DNA of 64,000 nt from Chrysomallon squamiferum (lineage: Eukaryota > Animalia > Mollusca): assembly GCA_012295275.1 (NCBI GenBank), contig CM022669.1:18910001-18974000 (forward strand), written 5' to 3'. The first letter of the stretch is position 1. Each line of letters opens with the position of its first letter. The translations under genes and the position numbers were made by a program. The notes beneath the pieces were generated by a model. The model was not told the DNA's origin. It searched no databases and was given only the letters and a program-made list of their open reading frames with translations. Positions 59,029 to 64,000 of this stretch are shown piece by piece.

Positions 59029-60099
59029 AGTAACGTTTCTTATTTCAGTTCAAACATAACTGAGATTTCGTCAACGTGATTCTATATAATTTACTATATT
59101 CAGTATAATTCAATTATTAAGTGCTTATATTTAATTATTCATATTAATTATTAAGTTGCTTATTCCGGTTTATTTAACATAATTATTCAGATTAAATTAA
59201 TTATTATAATCACTCAATTTTATTTTATTATTATAATTACTAAATTTAGTTGAATTATTAATGTTCTTATTATTTGATACATTCGTTCAGTTTAATTGTA
59301 TTATTAATTTAATATCCAGACAAAAAAACTGTATGAAGTTCAAAGGTTGAAGCATATCTGTCATGTCTCTCTCTCTGAGAAATATGAATTCGTGTCAAAG
59401 TGGTCTACAGTTTTATTTATTTCCCAAACACATCTATATTCCATAATCTTTGTCAGTTATTTTGTTTAAATAATGTATATTTTCGTGTTATCTCTAAAGA
59501 TAAATGTGGAATTGGTCACGATTCCATTATTAAGTTTTAGAATCTTTCTAGTTCGTCGCCTGTTCCGCCCAAGATCGTTCGATTTATTTTTCTCTAAGAA
59601 CATAAAAGTCGAGTTAATCTACATTGTTCTGACTCCATAACATTTTTTAATTAATAAACAAATAAACAGAAATAGCTAAAGAGGCATATATTTTTTAAGT
59701 TTCGTTTTTAAATAGACTGTTGTTAGATGAAAGTCAAAAAGAAAAAAAAAAAAAAAAGAGAGGAAATTTATTAAAGCAAAATAAAAGATATCATCGTAAG
59801 AGCCTTTTCTTCTCTTGTTTTCAGTTTTCTTTTTAAATTAAGAAACATTTGTTAGACTGCAAACCAAAGGAGAAAATAATATTATATTAAATTAAAATTC
59901 TCTTTTGTTAAAATAAACATCGAACGAAGAATAATAATGTTTTTTAAATTACTTTTTCTTCTTTAGAATATATCATTGTAAAATGTAACAAGAACAGCGA
60001 TTAAAAATTAATCAAAAGTTATGGCTTACATTTTAATGCTTAAAATGTCATATGATGTGAACAATTCCTTTCTTCTTTTTCCTCTTTATTTATCTTGCT

Positions 60100-60171
<72 letters not shown>

Positions 60172-60471
60172 GTCTCTCTATCTGTCCAAAAAAAGGAACG
60201 GAAAACATCTTTATTTTTAAGATTACGAACCTAAGGAAAATCAATATCTGCCCATACATGAATACATAATTAACGATATTATTTGTTTATTTTCCAAAAC
60301 ACTTACCACGTCAACAAAGTCACATTTAAATCTGAGTTTTATATGAATACTGATGATCACAATAACCTACCTGAACACACACACTTGCTGGGTTTCAAAA
60401 ACTCTTGACATTTTTCTTGAGATAACTTATGTCTTCTCACGTAAAAATAACTGTTTACAAAAACCTTGAAT

Positions 60472-60702
60472 TTACGGTTCTAGGGCATTCTCTACCAGCT
60501 GTTGATAAGTCTACATAAATAAATATTGTTTTTCATCTTTCCTTGCTGGTATTTTTTAACTTTGTATTTTTGGTCGTTAACGAACTTTTGCAGTGATATT
60601 TGAAGTTAAAGCACGCTAATCTGAACACGTTGATTAGAAGGCCAGAGAAGTGAAGAGAAAGGAAACATTAAAAAAACAAGTTATCTAGAAAGTTCAAGCC
60701 GA
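60472..60702 (+). repeat. Copy 2 of the ~225-bp dispersed direct repeat
   Basis: TTACGGTTCTAGGGCATTC...AAGTTAAAGCACGCTAATCTG...GTTCAAGCCGA, colinear with 58740-58965. Confidence 0.95.
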
Positions 60703-61522
60703 CCTGACCGTATCAAAAACTCTAAGAGAAACTGTTACACTTTGAAGTCATATTATAACCATCATCATCTCTATTTTCTCCCGAAAAGCGGTCTCTGTGT
60801 AGAATTAAGCTTGTTCAGTTGATTATTAACTTTGTTTTGCTGAATTTGAAGTACTGGTGCTCGGAGAGAGGTGGTACTCAGGACAAACATATACACCGAA
60901 ACGTATAAAGAAAAAAGAATTCATTGTAACACGCTGATATTGCATTGATCGTGCATAACACAGTTATCTCTTGACGATACCTTAACAAACAGAGATAACT
61001 CTCATTAGAACACAAGAAAAATGAATCTGGTATGATTATGTTTTTCTTCATACTCATTAATGAAATTTTTGATATGCATAGTAAATTATAATTATTTAGC
61101 TTGATATTTTTAACCTACGAAAAGCAAGAACCCGTAACTCTATCTGAAACGATACATTATTCAAAATATGAGCGCTGTGTGTTTTTTTCCACGCAAATAA
61201 ACGTTGTCGGTTTCAGATCAGTAAAACTGAAGTGTACTGTCATAGACTGTGTTTACTTCTTTCCTCCGAGATCCATTTTCATGATGCATCTCACATGGAG
61301 GCCAGTGAAAATTGCCTGTCAGTCCAAGAATAATGATGAAATGCAGACGATTTAGGTTCTTTTATCGATATCTGGAGAGAGAGAGAGAGAGAGAGAGAAG
61401 GGGTAGGATGGAACATCACAACAGCTATGAAAACCAGATTTTGTGACAGTTTGTCTTAAGCGAATTTCTTTTCTTTTAATCTGTATGGTTCTTAACTTTG
61501 TATGACGCCAAGTAAATAATGA

Positions 61523-61597
<75 letters not shown>

Positions 61598-61636
61598 ATC
61601 TCTATCGATCTGACGCTTTTTATCGATCGATTTATA

Positions 61637-61710
<74 letters not shown>

Positions 61711-62621
61711 CGTCTGTCTGTCTCAGCAGCCTTCGCGATTACTTTTTTGTTTCTAATATCAATTTAGCTAACTGACACAAAGTCGATGCATTTGAAAGCC
61801 GGTGTTTTAAATTAACAGACGCAGGTGGCAACACAACACTGATTTATTAATCTCCAACGAAATCTTCTAAATTGCTAATGAAATTATTTATCTAGTCTAA
61901 ATGTTAACGCATTTCATCAGTCTATCTTCCGGACTAAATATCAGACGTTGCCCTGCCCGAATTCTGTAAAAGAGCCAAATGTATGCAGCTGAGAAACAAC
62001 AGTAATAAATCACGATTTTTGGAAAACAACAGCAGTTAAATTTAAAAAGTGAAAGAAATGTTTTATTTATAAACTCGATGATTTACGACTTTGTATGTGT
62101 GTTTGTTTGTGTTTGTGTGATCGCTTGAGTTTGTGTATATGTGGGTGTATACTGTATGTCTGTGTAAGTATGTGTTTAGGGTGTGTACGTGTTTAGCTAT
62201 GTGCGTTTGTGTTGTATTGATATGTGTAATGCATATCGTTAAGCACTACATATAATAATATATAAAACTGTGCCAATGCCTCTTAATTTTTTATTAGCAA
62301 AAAGAGACATTTTATATTAATCTTTCCATAGTCACGATGTTACTTTTTTTTAAATATTTTGCCAATATTCTCGACCAGTCTTCAAGGACTAAGTTTAACC
62401 AAATAAAGACTCCGAAACCGGAATAACAGTGGCAGCCAGAATATTTGTGCTATTTATAATTATTCATCCCCAAGACCTTTGATAAGCTGTCAATTACCCA
62501 ATGTTAGTGTCCTGAATGTTTAACGATGTCGTCGCTATTTTGTCGCCGGTTTGTCAGACCCGATTCCGTAAATGTTACGCTTCGGCACGATTGGTATTCT
62601 GCTATCGTTATCGGCTGACCT

Positions 62622-62655
<34 letters not shown>

Positions 62656-63205
62656 TAACAGTGTATCACGTGACAGGCAGCGTGTCGTTAATATTTCTAA
62701 TCAGTTTAACCTTGAACAGACGCCGGTCGAGATATTGAGACGCCCAAAGCATTCTCCGTGACAATAATTTGATGTTGGTGACAAGGCAAGAGTAGTCATA
62801 TTGTTATAGAAATGTTTTCAAATGAATTTAAAATGTCAGTATTTAATGACGATGATGAGAGTTCTTTTATTTATTTTTGTTGGTTGGTTGGTTGGTTGGT
62901 TGGTTGGTTGATTTATTTATTTTAAGGGTAATTATTTATTTATTGTTGGTGACTGATCCTTGTTGTTTTTAATTGTGTTTTCATCGCTGGTTCAGTTTTT
63001 GGGGAGGGAGGGGTGGTTTTTTTTATTAGTTTGTTCTTGTTGGTGTTGGGGGTATTATTTAGTTTTTTGGGGGGGTTGTTGTTTTTTTAATTATTCAGCA
63101 GCATCAATATCATCATTAGTATTATTATTATTATTATGTTATATTTATATAATTAAATTTATCAATTATTTTAAAATTATTTAAAACAAAGTTGCACGAT
63201 ATCGA

Positions 63206-63353
63206 GATGTGAGAAGAACAGAGATTAACCTTAATGAGCAGTGAAGAGCAGAGGTGAGCCGGAATAGAGACTGCAAGAAAATTAATGTTTGGAGACATGA
63301 TATTAATGTTATATCTTAGTAAAATTTGGAGACAGGAAATACTACCAGAAGAC
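63206..63353 (+). mobile_element. Probable decayed LINE ORF2 fragment (region just upstream of the RT core)
   Basis: Frameshifted translation DVRRTEINLNEQ*RAEVS / GIETARKLMFGDMILMLYLSKIWRQEILPED parallels the EV..AI..LK..KAPG.DGI.AE.LK.GG......L...IW.....PEDW pattern of non-LTR retrotransposons. It sits in a purine- and GC-richer island running to about 63680. Confidence 0.35.
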
Positions 63354-64000
63354 AATCACAAGCTCTTCCAGCTGGAACTGGAGTACGTCACGTGACCCGG
63401 GACACGGCTTCCTACTTGTCAGCTTGCGGTGAAGTGCTTTCTGGGACGTTTCGTGTGTAAAGTGTGACTGAAAGTATTAAGGTGACGGAACACCAGTTAG
63501 TAAGGGTGAGCAATACACTACCAGAAATGGAACAACTGGCGTGTCCAGTTAAGATGTGTTATAATCTCACTGCCAGATTTGGAAATGCCAGAATCGGGAA
63601 TAAACCGCATGTATATCTGAGACTAAGGTTGAGACAAACAGACATGGAGACTTCAGACAGAAATAGATTTCACTAAAACATGTTAAACAGTTGTTGATGC
63701 ACGTCACATTTAAATCAATTACTAGAGCACCACCCACACGGATAAAGTAATAAAAAAAATAATAATAATAATAAAACTACAAAAAAAAAAAAAAAAAAAA
63801 AATACATAAAATAAAATTAAAAAGTTCTGTAATTCTATTAAGATGACGTGCATTTTTATTTATTTATTTAATTTAGTTAGTTAGTTAGTTTATTATTTTA
63901 TTATGTATTATCGTACTTTAGTACAATTTCCCATTTTTCTTTGTAAGCAAAAGATCTGAGGCGTTTTTTTTTCTTATATATATAAACTTCAGCTTTAGAA

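Noticed and set aside
57585-59400. NSC-encoding words at about 57591 and 59387 as the TM7 exon
   Set aside because: Neither is preceded by a hydrophobic LFLFA-like stretch or followed by NP/DPxxY.
58740-60702. LTR retrotransposon or TRIM bounded by the 225-bp direct repeats
   Set aside because: No TG...CA termini, target-site duplication, polypurine tract or gag/pol remnants; the interior is ordinary AT-rich intron.

Overview
AT-rich, microsatellite-dense animal (eukaryotic) genomic DNA, most likely a mollusc (inferred from the receptor sequence and the repeat landscape). The only protein-coding signal I can support is three internal, + strand, GT-AG exons (46502-46706, 56076-56177, 57031-57094). 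They splice in frame to give ECL2-TM5-ICL3-TM6 of a GnRH-superfamily rhodopsin GPCR, most like adipokinetic hormone (AKH)/ACP-type receptors. I could not find the TM1-TM4 or TM7 exons, so the rest of the window appears to be intron, including more than 46 kb upstream of the first exon seen. The introns hold a hAT MITE with a perfect 8-bp target-site duplication, a pogo/Tigger-like MITE, a Tigger transposase relic, decayed tRNA-type SINEs, a probable LINE relic, a young 27-bp minisatellite, several older degenerate arrays and local duplications. Nearly all ORFs in the supplied track are microsatellite or low-complexity artefacts. I found no convincing wholly new biological system. The best leads are a candidate 9-nt microexon in the receptor's ECL3, a duplicated splice donor, a tandem array apparently built from a SINE core, and a ~225-bp segment copied into an old SINE.
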